Assembly: GCA_030431485.1 (NCBI GenBank) | Contig: JAUIIR010000010.1 | Span: 331 to 64,330, forward strand | Source: Alphaproteobacteria bacterium | GTDB taxonomy: Bacteria > Pseudomonadota > Alphaproteobacteria > Rhodobacterales > Rhodobacteraceae | Direction of reading: 5' to 3' | DNA length: 64,000 nt | Part shown: positions 9,640-19,044 of the stretch, piece by piece | How positions within the stretch are numbered: the stretch's first letter is position 1 | Layout of the letters: each line of letters opens with the position of its first letter | Made by a program: the position numbers and the translations under genes | Notes under the pieces: generated by a model | Told to the model about the DNA's origin: nothing | The model's database searches: none | Seen by the model: the letters and a program-made list of their open reading frames with translations, nothing else

Positions 9640-10881
9640 ATGAAATCCGTATTTTTCGGCGCTGTCTCCGCCACCGCTCTGATCGCATCCGCAGTCCATG
9701 CTGAACCTCAGGCCGAGGTTCTGCACTGGTGGACATCCGGCGGTGAAGCGAAGTCGGTTGCCGTGCTGCAGGAAGAGTTTGCCTCGAAAGGCGGCACCTG
9801 GACAGACATGCCGGTTGCAGGTGGCGGCGGTGATGCCGCAATGACCGCGCTGCGCGCACGCGTTCTGTCGGGCAACGCTCCGACGGCGGTTCAGCTGAAG
9901 GGCCCAGCGATCCAGGAATGGTACGAAGAGGGCGTGCTTGCAGATATCTCGTCCGTCGCCGAAGCGCAGGGCTGGGCGGACGTTCTGCCGGCCTCCATCG
10001 CAGGCCACATGAAGTGCGAAGGGTCCTGGTGCGCCGCACCGGTGAACGTGCACCGCGTTGACTGGATCTGGGCAAACGCAGACGTGCTGGAAGCGAATGG
10101 CATCGAAATGCCAACCACCTGGGACGAATTCAACGCAGCGGCTGAAAAGCTCGAAGCGGCTGGCGTCATCCCACTCGCACACGGCGGTCAGGCCTGGCAG
10201 GACGCGACCGTGTTCGAAGCGGTGGCGCTTGGCATTCTCGGCGCGGACGGCTTCCGCAAGGCGTTTGTCGATCTCGATATGGACACTCTGAAGTCCGACG
10301 AGATGAAGGCGGTCTTCGACCAGATGCGCACCATGCGCGGATATGTTGACGAGAACTTTTCGGGCCGTGACTGGAACCTTGCCACCGCGATGGTCATGAA
10401 CGGCGAAGCGGCGTTCCAGATCATGGGCGACTGGGCGAAGGGCGAATTCATGGCGGCTGGCAAGGTGCCGGGAGAAGACTTCCTTTGCGCGTCGGTGCCG
10501 GGCGATGGCTTCCTCTACAACGTGGACAGCTTTGCCATGTTCGACGTGGACGGCGACGATAAGCAAGCTGGTCAGGAACTGCTGGCAGAGCTGATCGTCG
10601 GTCAAAACTTCCAAAAGGTGTTCAACCTGAACAAAGGCTCGATCCCGGCGCGCACCGACGTGTCGCTGGACGAGTTCGACAGCTGTGCTCACCTGTCTGC
10701 CAAAGACATGAGCGAAAGCTCTGACAATGGCTCGCTTCTGCCCAGCTATGCCCACGGTATGGCGCTGCGCGGCGCGCAGTCTGGTGCGATCACTGACGTT
10801 GTCACCGCACACTTCAACTCCGACATGTCCTCGGAAGAAGCCGTGAACATGCTGGCCGACGCGGTCGCCAACAGCATGTAA
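9640..10881 (+). CDS. Extracellular solute-binding protein of a CUT1-type sugar ABC transporter
   Basis: Signal peptide MKSVFFGAVSATALIASAVHA and SBP_bac_1-like sequence (LHWWTSGGEA). SD GGGAGG lies upstream of the ATG. First gene of a four-gene ABC operon. Confidence 0.85.
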   Translation: MKSVFFGAVSATALIASAVHAEPQAEVLHWWTSGGEAKSVAVLQEEFASKGGTWTDMPVAGGGGDAAMTALRARVLSGNAPTAVQLKGPAIQEWYEEGVLADISSVAEAQGWADVLPASIAGHMKCEGSWCAAPVNVHRVDWIWANADVLEANGIEMPTTWDEFNAAAEKLEAAGVIPLAHGGQAWQDATVFEAVALGILGADGFRKAFVDLDMDTLKSDEMKAVFDQMRTMRGYVDENFSGRDWNLATAMVMNGEAAFQIMGDWAKGEFMAAGKVPGEDFLCASVPGDGFLYNVDSFAMFDVDGDDKQAGQELLAELIVGQNFQKVFNLNKGSIPARTDVSLDEFDSCAHLSAKDMSESSDNGSLLPSYAHGMALRGAQSGAITDVVTAHFNSDMSSEEAVNMLADAVANSM

Positions 10882-10938
10882 TTCTATCTTCCCGCCCCAA
10901 AGCACCCGCTTGGGGCGGGACTTTCAGGGACAGATCCA

Positions 10939-11811
10939 ATGACCAAGTGGCTTGAAGAAAACACGCCCAAATTGGTACTGGCGCCCTCGTTCATCGCAGT
11001 TCTGATCTTCGTCTACGGCTTCATTGCCTGGACCGCCTGGGTCTCGTTCACGCGATCGCGCCTGCTTCCAAGATATGACATCGAAGGGCTTATCCAGTAC
11101 GAGCGCCTGTTTGCGTCTCCGCGCTGGGACACCGCGCTGAACAACCTGTTTGTGTTCGGCATCCTATTCATCGTGATTGCGATGGTGCTTGGGCTGGTCC
11201 TTGCCATCCTGCTCGATCAGAACATCCGCACCGAGGGTGCGATCCGCACGATCTACCTCTACCCAATGGCGCTTTCGATGATCGTTACGGGCACCGCTTG
11301 GAAATGGATCCTGAATCCCGGTCTTGGGGTCGAGGCCATGGTGCGCGGCTGGGGCTTTGAGAACTTCACCTTCGACTGGCTGGTTAACCCGGACATGGCA
11401 ATCTACACCATCGTCATCGCCGCGATCTGGCAAAGCTCGGGGTTTGTGATGGCGCTTTTTCTGGCCGGTCTGCGGTCGGTGGATGGCGAAATCATCAAAG
11501 CCGCGCAGGTCGACGGTATCCCGACCTGGCGCATCTATACCGCCATCATCATCCCGTCGATGGCCCCGATCTTTCTGTCGGCCTTCATCGTTCTGTCGCA
11601 CCTCGCCATCAAGAGCTTTGACCTTGTCATTGCGCTCACCGGCGGTGGACCCGGCTACGCGACCGACCTTCCGGCGACCTATATGTACGCGATGGCCTTT
11701 TCGCGTGGCGACATCGGTCAGGCGGCCAGCTCTGCCATGATCATGATGATGGTCGTCTTCGCAATCGTGGTGCCGTACCTCTATTCGGAATTGAGGTCCA
11801 AAGATGACTGA
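10939..11811 (+). CDS. Sugar ABC transporter permease (MalF/UgpA-like)
   Basis: Six-TM-type membrane protein with an EAA-like loop (AAQVDGIPTWRIYTAIIIP). Confidence 0.85.
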   Translation: MTKWLEENTPKLVLAPSFIAVLIFVYGFIAWTAWVSFTRSRLLPRYDIEGLIQYERLFASPRWDTALNNLFVFGILFIVIAMVLGLVLAILLDQNIRTEGAIRTIYLYPMALSMIVTGTAWKWILNPGLGVEAMVRGWGFENFTFDWLVNPDMAIYTIVIAAIWQSSGFVMALFLAGLRSVDGEIIKAAQVDGIPTWRIYTAIIIPSMAPIFLSAFIVLSHLAIKSFDLVIALTGGGPGYATDLPATYMYAMAFSRGDIGQAASSAMIMMMVVFAIVVPYLYSELRSKDD

Positions 11812-12697
11812 TATTTCAATGACTTCCGCGCAAAGCCAAAGCCAGACGGGCAAGATCGTTCTGCGGTGGCTGCTATACATCGCGTTGGGTCTGTTTGCCC
11901 TGTTCTACCTGATGCCGCTCTTCGTGATGATAACCACATCACTCAAGAGCCTGGACGAAATCCGCACGGGCGACCTCATAGCCCTGCCAAGAGAAGTTAC
12001 TTTCGACGCGTGGCGCACTGCGTGGTCGGGAGCCTGTACCGGCATCCAGTGCGAAGGTGTGCGGCCCTACTTCTGGAACTCGATCCTGATCGCCATCCCG
12101 GCGGTGGCCATCTCGACCCTGCTGGGAGCGATGAATGGCTATGTCGTGGCCCACTGGCGGTTCCGGGGTGCGAACATCATTTTCTCGCTGATGCTCTTTG
12201 GCTGCTTCATTCCATTCCAGGTGGTGTTGTTGCCGATGGCACGGACACTGGGGATCATGGGTATCGCGGGCACCATTCCGGGGCTGATCTTTGTCCACGT
12301 GATCTACGGGCTTGGCTTCACCACGCTGTTCTTCCGCAACTACTACGTCACGATCCCGGCTGAGTTGACCAAAGCCGCAAAGGTGGACGGGGCAGGGTTC
12401 TTCCGCATCTTCTGGTCGATCTTCCTTCCGCTGTCGCTTCCGATCATCGTCGTGACCGTCATCTGGCAGTTCACGCAGATCTGGAACGACTTCCTGTTCG
12501 GCGTGTCCTTCAGTCAGGCCGGAACGCAGCCCGTGACTGTGGCTCTGAACAATATCGTCAACTCGACCACTGGCGTCAAAGAATACAACGTCGACATGGC
12601 CGCCGCGATCATTGCCGCGCTGCCGACGCTGTTCGTCTACGTTGTCGCCGGGAAATACTTTATCCGCGGTCTGACCGCCGGTTCCGTGAAAGGATAA
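11804..12697 (+). CDS. Sugar ABC transporter permease (MalG/UgpE-like)
   Basis: Membrane protein with an EAA loop (AAKVDGAGFFRIFWSIFLPLS). Overlaps the upstream permease by 8 nt. Confidence 0.85.
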   Translation: MTDISMTSAQSQSQTGKIVLRWLLYIALGLFALFYLMPLFVMITTSLKSLDEIRTGDLIALPREVTFDAWRTAWSGACTGIQCEGVRPYFWNSILIAIPAVAISTLLGAMNGYVVAHWRFRGANIIFSLMLFGCFIPFQVVLLPMARTLGIMGIAGTIPGLIFVHVIYGLGFTTLFFRNYYVTIPAELTKAAKVDGAGFFRIFWSIFLPLSLPIIVVTVIWQFTQIWNDFLFGVSFSQAGTQPVTVALNNIVNSTTGVKEYNVDMAAAIIAALPTLFVYVVAGKYFIRGLTAGSVKG

Positions 12698-12701
12698 CCC
12701 C

Positions 12702-13799
12702 ATGTCTCCGATCCTGGACATCAAGAACCTCTACAAAAGCTACGGCACGACGGAGATCCTCAAGGATATCAACGTGTCGATCGAACCGGGTGATTTTCTT
12801 GTTCTCGTAGGCCCCTCGGGCTGTGGCAAGTCCACGCTGCTGAACTGCATCGCTGGGCTTGAGCCGATCACCGGTGGCTCTATCAGCATCGGTGGCAAGG
12901 ACATGACCCATGTCAGCCCCAAGGACCGCGACATCGCGATGGTATTCCAGTCCTACGCGCTCTACCCGACGATGACCGTCGCCAAGAACATCACCTTCGG
13001 CATGAAGGTGCGCGGCGTCGATCAGACCACGCAGGACAAGAAACTGGCGCAGGTGGCCGCGCAATTGCAGATCGAACCGTTGCTGAACCGCCGTCCGGGG
13101 CAGTTGTCAGGTGGTCAGCGTCAGCGTGTGGCGATGGGCCGGGCGCTGGTGCGTGATCCCAAGTTGTTCCTCTTTGATGAACCGCTGTCCAACCTGGACG
13201 CCAAACTTCGGGTCGAGATGCGGACCGAGATCAAGGCGTTGCACCAGAATCTTGGCGCGTCAATGGTCTATGTGACCCACGACCAGATCGAGGCGATGAC
13301 ACTGGCGACCAAGATCGTTGTGATGAAAGGCGGTGTGATCCAGCAGATTGGATCCCCGGCGGAAATCTACAACCGCCCGGCCAATCTGTTTGTGGCCGAC
13401 TTCATGGGCAGCCCGGCGATGAACCTCATCCCCGCGAAGGCGCTTCGCGCGGACGACGGCACACGGATCGAGATCACCCGCAAATCCGGTGAACCGATTG
13501 TTCTGACCGACACCAAGAACCGCGATCTGCCTGAAGACGTGATCCTGGGTGTTCGGCCCGAAGACATTGCCGATCCTGATCTGCGCGGGTCGGATTCGAC
13601 GCAGGCAGCGGAATGCCTGATCGACATTGTCGAACCGGCAGGGGCCGACACGTTCGCGGTGATGCAACTGGGTGGCAAACACGTCACGGCGCGTCTGCAT
13701 GCGGAAACGACGGCCAAGCCGGGTCAGCCCAAGCGGCTGTCCTTTGATCTGGGCAAGGTGTCGTATTTTGCGCCGGAAACCGGCCTGCGCTTGAACTGA
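12702..13799 (+). CDS. Sugar ABC transporter ATP-binding protein (MalK/UgpC-like)
   Basis: Walker A GPSGCGKST, Q-loop, signature LSGGQRQRVA, Walker B LFLFDEPLS, and a C-terminal MalK-type regulatory domain. Confidence 0.9.
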   Translation: MSPILDIKNLYKSYGTTEILKDINVSIEPGDFLVLVGPSGCGKSTLLNCIAGLEPITGGSISIGGKDMTHVSPKDRDIAMVFQSYALYPTMTVAKNITFGMKVRGVDQTTQDKKLAQVAAQLQIEPLLNRRPGQLSGGQRQRVAMGRALVRDPKLFLFDEPLSNLDAKLRVEMRTEIKALHQNLGASMVYVTHDQIEAMTLATKIVVMKGGVIQQIGSPAEIYNRPANLFVADFMGSPAMNLIPAKALRADDGTRIEITRKSGEPIVLTDTKNRDLPEDVILGVRPEDIADPDLRGSDSTQAAECLIDIVEPAGADTFAVMQLGGKHVTARLHAETTAKPGQPKRLSFDLGKVSYFAPETGLRLN

Positions 13800-13805
13800 G
13801 GAAGA

Positions 13806-13842
13806 CCGGGTGGTCAGTCCTTGAACGACCACCCGGATGTTT
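13806..13842 (+). terminator. Candidate intrinsic terminator between convergent operons
   Basis: Perfect 10-bp inverted repeat CCGGGTGGTC (13806-13815) / GACCACCCGG (13827-13836) followed by ATGTTTT. The right arm lies inside the 3' end of the convergent CoA-transferase gene. Confidence 0.4.
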
Positions 13843-14968
13843 TCACCTGATCGGTATGCGCGCCCAATGTCGGCGCGGTTCGGTCCAGCGCAAGTGTCGA
13901 TGTGCTGAAGGTGATTGGCGTACGAACACCCGGCACACCCTCGGATGTGATCTTCATCCCACGGTGAATGATCTGCGGATCGTCGAACACTTCGCCAACG
14001 GTGTTGATTGGGGACGAGGCAACCTGTTTGGCCTTCAACGCCTCAAGCAAATCCGCTTTGGTCATCTTCGCGGTTTCGGCCTTGAGCATAGCGATCAACG
14101 CGTCGCGGTGCTGCACGCGCTGGGCGTTGGTCCGGTAGTCCGGGTTTTCGGCAATATCGGGCCGGTTTACGATCTCGCAAAGCCCCTGAAACTGGCGGTC
14201 ATTGCCCGACGCGATGATAATGTCGCCATCGGAGGCCGGGAAGACCTCGTAAGGCACGATATTCGGGTGCTGGTTGCCCATGCGATTGGGGGACTCGCCG
14301 GTCACAAGGAAATTCATCGCCTGATTGACTAGACACCCTGTACCCGCGTCCAGCAGGCTCATGTCGATATGCTGGCCAAGCCCCGTTTTGTCGCGCTCAC
14401 GAAGCGCAGCTTGAATCCCGATGACGGCGTAAAGGCCGGTGTAGATGTCGGTGACAGCAACACCCACTTTCTGCGGCTCGCCTGCCGGGTCACCGGTGAT
14501 CGACATCAACCCCGACAGCCCTTGCACAAGGTAGTCATACCCCGCGCGTTCAGCATAAGGGCCGGTCTGGCCAAAGCCGGTGATCGAACAGTAGACAAGG
14601 CCCGGATTGACAGCCGACAGGCTGGCGTAGTCCAGTCCGTATTTCGCCAGTCCCCCGACCTTGAAGTTCTCGATCAGAACATCCGCCTCGCGGGCCAAAT
14701 CCTGCACGAAGGTGCGGCCATCCTCGGTCGTCAGATCGGCCGTGACCGAGTATTTGCCACGGTTGCAGCTGTAGAAATACGCAGCTGACGGCGAGTCCTC
14801 GCCTTCACGTTCGATAAAGGGCGGCCCCCATGTGCGTGTGTCGTCGCCCTTGGGGCTTTCCACCTTGATGACCGTTGCGCCAAGGTCGGCCAGCGTCTGA
14901 CCGACAATTGGTCCGGCAAGGATCCGGGCCAATTCGAGGACTTTCAAACCTTCCAGCGGTGCTGACAT
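13814..14968 (-). CDS. Family III (CaiB/BaiF) CoA-transferase, probably glutarate/dicarboxylate CoA-transferase
   Basis: N-terminus LEGLKVLELARILAGPIVGQTLADLGATVIKVE is typical of CaiB/BaiF transferases. Its start overlaps the gcdH stop. The gcdH plus CoA-transferase pairing is known from glutarate catabolism. Confidence 0.8.
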   Translation of the reverse strand: MSAPLEGLKVLELARILAGPIVGQTLADLGATVIKVESPKGDDTRTWGPPFIEREGEDSPSAAYFYSCNRGKYSVTADLTTEDGRTFVQDLAREADVLIENFKVGGLAKYGLDYASLSAVNPGLVYCSITGFGQTGPYAERAGYDYLVQGLSGLMSITGDPAGEPQKVGVAVTDIYTGLYAVIGIQAALRERDKTGLGQHIDMSLLDAGTGCLVNQAMNFLVTGESPNRMGNQHPNIVPYEVFPASDGDIIIASGNDRQFQGLCEIVNRPDIAENPDYRTNAQRVQHRDALIAMLKAETAKMTKADLLEALKAKQVASSPINTVGEVFDDPQIIHRGMKITSEGVPGVRTPITFSTSTLALDRTAPTLGAHTDQVKTSGWSFKD

Positions 14969-16188
14969 CAGAAGAACGCCTGCAACCCTGTCTGTGCCCG
15001 GCCAAGGATGAGGGCGTGCACGTCATGCGTGCCCTCGTAGGTGTTGACCGTTTCAAGGTTCTGCGCGTGACGCATGACGTGGTACTCGGCCATGATCCCG
15101 TTACCGCCATGCATGTCGCGGGCATTGCGCGCGATGTCCAAAGCCTTGCCGCAATTGTTGCGCTTGATCAGGCTGATCGCCTCGGGCGCAGCGGTGCCAG
15201 CGTCAAGCATCCGGCCCACCTGCAAGGCCGCGTGCAAGCCAAGAGTGATCTCGGTCTGCATGTCGGCGAGTTTCTTCTGGAAAAGCTGCGTCTGCGCGAG
15301 CGGGCGGCCGAACTGCGTGCGGTCCAAGCCGTACTGACGTGCGCGGTGCCAACTGTCCTCAGCCGCCCCCATCACACCCCATGCGATGCCATAGCGCGCG
15401 CGGTTCAGACAGCCGAACGGACCTTTCAGGCCCTCGACACCCGGCAGCAAAGCGTCTTCACCAACCTCGACGTCCTTCATGACGATCTCGCCGGTGATCG
15501 ACGCGCGCAGCGACAGCTTGCCGTTGATCTTGGGCGCGCTGAGACCTTTCATGCCTTTTTCAAGAACAAAGCCCCGGATCTTGCCGCCATGCGCTTCGGA
15601 TTTGGCCCAGACCACGAACACATCCGCAATCGGGCTGTTCGAGATCCACATCTTGGCGCCGTTGATGACGTAGCCGCCGTCGGTTTTCTTCGCGACAGTC
15701 TTCATCCCCGCAGGGTCGGATCCGGCATCGGGTTCGGTCAGACCAAAGCAGCCGATCAGCGTGCCTGCAGCCAGACCCGGCAGGTATTTCCTGCGCTGCT
15801 CGTCGCTGCCATAGGCGTGGATCGGGTACATCACCAAGGAGCTTTGCACGCTCATCATCGACCGGTAGCCGCTGTCCACGCGTTCGACTTCCCGCGCAAC
15901 AAGGCCATAGCTCACATAACCCGCGCCCAGACCGCCGAACTCTTCGGGGATGGTCACGCCCAGAAGACCCATCTCGCCCATCTCGGCGAAAATCTCGGGT
16001 GCGACACCTTCGTTCAGATACATGTCCGACACACGCGGCAGCAGCTTGTCTGACGCATAAGCCGCAGCGCTGTCCGCGATCATGCGCTCTTCCTCGGACA
16101 GAGCCGCGCTCAGGCCCAGAGGGTCTTGCCAGTCGAATTTGGCGAGTGAGGGTCCGTGACCCGCGTGTGACGCATCAAGCATGTCCAT
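14968..16188 (-). CDS. gcdH: Glutaryl-CoA dehydrogenase
   Basis: 406-aa acyl-CoA dehydrogenase. The N-terminus [36 protein letters not shown] matches my recollection of the GCDH family. The rest shows ACAD-type motifs ([21 protein letters not shown]). Confidence 0.85.
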   Translation of the reverse strand: MDMLDASHAGHGPSLAKFDWQDPLGLSAALSEEERMIADSAAAYASDKLLPRVSDMYLNEGVAPEIFAEMGEMGLLGVTIPEEFGGLGAGYVSYGLVAREVERVDSGYRSMMSVQSSLVMYPIHAYGSDEQRRKYLPGLAAGTLIGCFGLTEPDAGSDPAGMKTVAKKTDGGYVINGAKMWISNSPIADVFVVWAKSEAHGGKIRGFVLEKGMKGLSAPKINGKLSLRASITGEIVMKDVEVGEDALLPGVEGLKGPFGCLNRARYGIAWGVMGAAEDSWHRARQYGLDRTQFGRPLAQTQLFQKKLADMQTEITLGLHAALQVGRMLDAGTAAPEAISLIKRNNCGKALDIARNARDMHGGNGIMAEYHVMRHAQNLETVNTYEGTHDVHALILGRAQTGLQAFF

Positions 16189-17566
16189 GCTCCTCTTTCA
16201 TGTCATTGGCGGCAGCCGATCCGGCAATATGCCCCAGAACCGTCGCTGCCAGCAGCCCATTGCCGGATAGATACCCGCTATCACCGGAACCTGAAACACC
16301 CACTGCAGCACCTCCCGCTGCAAAAAGATTCGGGAAGACGCCCCCAGCGGTTCTGCAGACGCGGGCCTCTTGATCGACACGCAATCCGCCTTGGGTGTGA
16401 AACAGTGCTCCGGTCACCTTCACCGCACAGTAAGGCGGTTTCAACGGCTCGCCAAGGAAGCTGCGTCTAAAGGCGTCACGCCCGTCTGCGGGAATGTTGG
16501 TGATCGTCTGTGTCAACGCATCTTTCGGCAGGCCCGTGATCTCGGCCAGTTCTGCAAAAGTGTTTGCGGTTCGGATTGCGCCGATGGCCTCGGCATCCTT
16601 GAAATCCTGAAACTGCCGCGCGATGCCTGCGATGCGGCTGTCAAAGATCGTCCATGCAATGCCCTCTGGCTGGGCGAGCACCGCGCGGGCGGCTTCTGAA
16701 TAGCCTTGGCTTTCGTCCCAAAAGCGCTTGCCGTTCAAGTTCACCTGCACCCCGCCTTGAGTGATCACCGCCCAAGTGATCAGGATGCCCTGCGGGTGCG
16801 CGACATTGCCGTGGCCTTGATAGGCACCCAGGTGCAACGTTTTTGCCCCGAGCGCCTCGCCCCATGTCACGGCATCGCCCTGATTGTAGTCATGTCCGAA
16901 CCAAACCGCGTTTTCGATTTCGGGCATGTATTGGCGCACCATGTCGCGATTGCCGCCATAGCCGTTGCAGGCAAGGATAAGCGCGCCGCAGCCGACGTCT
17001 TCCGTACCGTTGGGCCCCTCCAACCGTACGCCTTTGACAATGTCGCCTTCCACAAAAAGTGAGGTTGCGCAGCGGTTGCAGACGATGTCGATGCCCTGCG
17101 TCTCACAGGCAGTGCGCAGGCGGTCGATCAATTCCCGCCCCGCGCGGGTGGGAAGCCCGTGCATCCGTCTTCGCGAATGGCCGGGATAGTCGAAATCGGT
17201 GACGACCGAGAAGGGCAGGTTGAACTTGTCCGCCAGCCATTCGATCACTGTGCCCGACTTTTCTGACAGCAGATCGACAAGATCCTGCGGGTTCTCGCCC
17301 TTTGCCTTCTTCTGGATGTCCTGTGCGAACAACTCCGGAGTGTCCTCGATCCCAGCCTCCCTTTGAAACCGCGTGCCCGCTGCAGGGATCAAACCAGCAG
17401 ACAGAGCGGTGGAGCCGGAAGGTGCGGCATCTGCCTCAACCACCAGAACCGATGCCCCGGCATCATGGGCGGTCAGCGCTGCAACCAGCCCACAGGCACC
17501 CGCGCCGACGATAAGGATCGGCACGTCCAGATCGAACCCGGTATCGGGGGGCGGCAGGATCGACAT
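16175..17566 (-). CDS. FAD-binding flavoprotein of the fumarate-reductase/KstD (FAD_binding_2) family
   Basis: N-terminal dinucleotide fold [28 protein letters not shown] and C-terminal [15 protein letters not shown]...GNGLL, typical of soluble fumarate-reductase-like flavoenzymes. Confidence 0.75.
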   Translation of the reverse strand: MSILPPPDTGFDLDVPILIVGAGACGLVAALTAHDAGASVLVVEADAAPSGSTALSAGLIPAAGTRFQREAGIEDTPELFAQDIQKKAKGENPQDLVDLLSEKSGTVIEWLADKFNLPFSVVTDFDYPGHSRRRMHGLPTRAGRELIDRLRTACETQGIDIVCNRCATSLFVEGDIVKGVRLEGPNGTEDVGCGALILACNGYGGNRDMVRQYMPEIENAVWFGHDYNQGDAVTWGEALGAKTLHLGAYQGHGNVAHPQGILITWAVITQGGVQVNLNGKRFWDESQGYSEAARAVLAQPEGIAWTIFDSRIAGIARQFQDFKDAEAIGAIRTANTFAELAEITGLPKDALTQTITNIPADGRDAFRRSFLGEPLKPPYCAVKVTGALFHTQGGLRVDQEARVCRTAGGVFPNLFAAGGAAVGVSGSGDSGYLSGNGLLAATVLGHIAGSAAANDMKEEHGHA

Positions 17567-17569
17567 GAT

Positions 17570-18439
17570 TCAGTCGCGCCCGCCGAACTCGTAATGTTTG
17601 CCGAGGGCCAGCATCTGGTCCGTGCCCAGCCGGTCGTTCAGTCCGCCGAAATCGAACATGCGATCCGCAAACGCGCGGTTGCTGCCGGTGGCCATAAGGC
17701 TCTGATAATAGCTTTCTGCCGTATGCGCCAAGGCGCGAACAATCCCGCCCGGGAAGATCACGATGGAGAACCCAAGGTCGTTCAGGAAGGACGCATTCTG
17801 GATCGGTGTTGCGCCACCTTCGACCATGTTCACCAGCAACGGCACACGATCCTTGAACCGCTCTGTCACGGTTTTCATCTCCTCCACGGACCGCAGCGCT
17901 TCGATGAACAGCGCATCGGCCCCTGCTTCGACATAGGCTTCGGCCCGGTCGATAGCAGCATCAAACCCTTCGACCGCGACAGCATCGGTGCGCGCGATGA
18001 TCAATGTCTCATCGCCGGCCCGCGCATCTGCCATCGCGGCGATCTTGCCGACCATTTCTGTCGTCGGGATAATGGATTTCTCGGCCAGATGCCCGCAGCG
18101 CTTCGGATAGGTCTGATCCTCGACCTGCAACGCATTGGCCCCCGCGCGTTCGTAAAGCCGCATCGTCCGCTGCGCGTTCAGCGCGTTGCCGAATCCTGTG
18201 TCGGCGTCGATGATCACCGGGATGTCTACGCGGTCGCGGATCAAGGCCATCGTGTCGGTCATCTCGCTGACCGAAGTGAGGCCAATGTCTGGCCGTCCCA
18301 GCCGCGTATAGGCAACCGCTGCACCGCTGAGATACAGCGCTTCGAACCCGGCTTGTGCCGCAAGCGCCGCTGTCAGGGCGTCATAGACTCCTGGCGCGAC
18401 AATGATCTCATCAGAGGCAAGGCGGGTTTTCATGCTCAT
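17570..18439 (-). CDS. Isocitrate lyase / PEP mutase superfamily enzyme (methylisocitrate-lyase or oxaloacetate-decarboxylase-like)
   Basis: The ATG at 18439 gives MSMKTRLASDEIIVAPGVYDALTAALAAQAGFEALYLSGAA..., with later motifs IIDADTGFGN, LQVEDQ..PKRCGH and IIARTDA. The track ORF to 18538 is a 5' over-extension. The trimmed start overlaps the upstream stop by 4 nt. Confidence 0.8.
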   Translation of the reverse strand: MSMKTRLASDEIIVAPGVYDALTAALAAQAGFEALYLSGAAVAYTRLGRPDIGLTSVSEMTDTMALIRDRVDIPVIIDADTGFGNALNAQRTMRLYERAGANALQVEDQTYPKRCGHLAEKSIIPTTEMVGKIAAMADARAGDETLIIARTDAVAVEGFDAAIDRAEAYVEAGADALFIEALRSVEEMKTVTERFKDRVPLLVNMVEGGATPIQNASFLNDLGFSIVIFPGGIVRALAHTAESYYQSLMATGSNRAFADRMFDFGGLNDRLGTDQMLALGKHYEFGGRD

Positions 18440-19041
18440 GTCAGGGTTTCCAGCATCTCGGCGCAGGTCACATTCGGGCAGACCGACGCAAGGGACAACA
18501 GCGTGGCGTCGTGCACCTCCTGTTTGAAGGCGGCGCATCCATCGGATAGCAGGATCGTGTGCAGGTTCCGCAGATGCGCGTCCCGGACTGTGCTGGCGAC
18601 CCCGCCATTGGTGACGATCCCGCCGATGATCAGCGTGTCGATGTTGAGCGCCCGCAGGATGTATTCCAGCTGCGTCTGGTAAAGCGCGGAATAGGCGACC
18701 TTTTCGATGGTGTAGTCCGCTGGCGCCAGAGCATTGACCAAAGCATGACCAAACTTGCCGGGGGCGAAATCGCCCTTGCCAAGGAAGGGACGCAGCTCTT
18801 TCAGGTGCGGTGCGATGAGCGGTTCATCATTCGGCCCCGGCACCAGCGTGAACTGCGCACTGATATAGGTGCCGCCCTTAGCGCGCAGCGCGTCCACGAC
18901 GGGTTTGATCCGGGTGGGCAGGGCGGTGATCGCCTCGGCCGTCTGCCCGGCGCGGCCATAGGCCCCTTCGGGATGCAGAAAGTCGTTCTGAAGGTCGATG
19001 GTGAGGAGCGCGGTGCGCTTTGGGTCGATGGTGTGGGCCAT
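18436..19041 (-). CDS. Isochorismatase-family cysteine hydrolase (amidase-type)
   Basis: 201 aa. Begins ALLTIDLQNDFLHPEGAYG, and ends with LIIGGIVTNGGVASTVRDA, which has no Cys at the usual nucleophile position as far as I can align by eye. Confidence 0.7.
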   Translation of the reverse strand: MAHTIDPKRTALLTIDLQNDFLHPEGAYGRAGQTAEAITALPTRIKPVVDALRAKGGTYISAQFTLVPGPNDEPLIAPHLKELRPFLGKGDFAPGKFGHALVNALAPADYTIEKVAYSALYQTQLEYILRALNIDTLIIGGIVTNGGVASTVRDAHLRNLHTILLSDGCAAFKQEVHDATLLSLASVCPNVTCAEMLETLT

Positions 19042-19044
19042 GTC

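Noticed and set aside
9463-10905. A 480-aa minus-strand ORF opposite the sugar-binding-protein gene. Similar long antisense ORFs occur at 14875-16053, 17363-18682, 18559-19902, 47053-48096, 53433-54515 and 59098-60354.
   Set aside because: Each lies antisense to a gene with unmistakable family motifs (SBP, gcdH, ICL-like/isochorismatase/HyuA, miaB, metK, rpsA). Each translates to Arg/His/Gly/Asp-rich sequence with no motifs. These are shadow ORFs of a high-GC genome.
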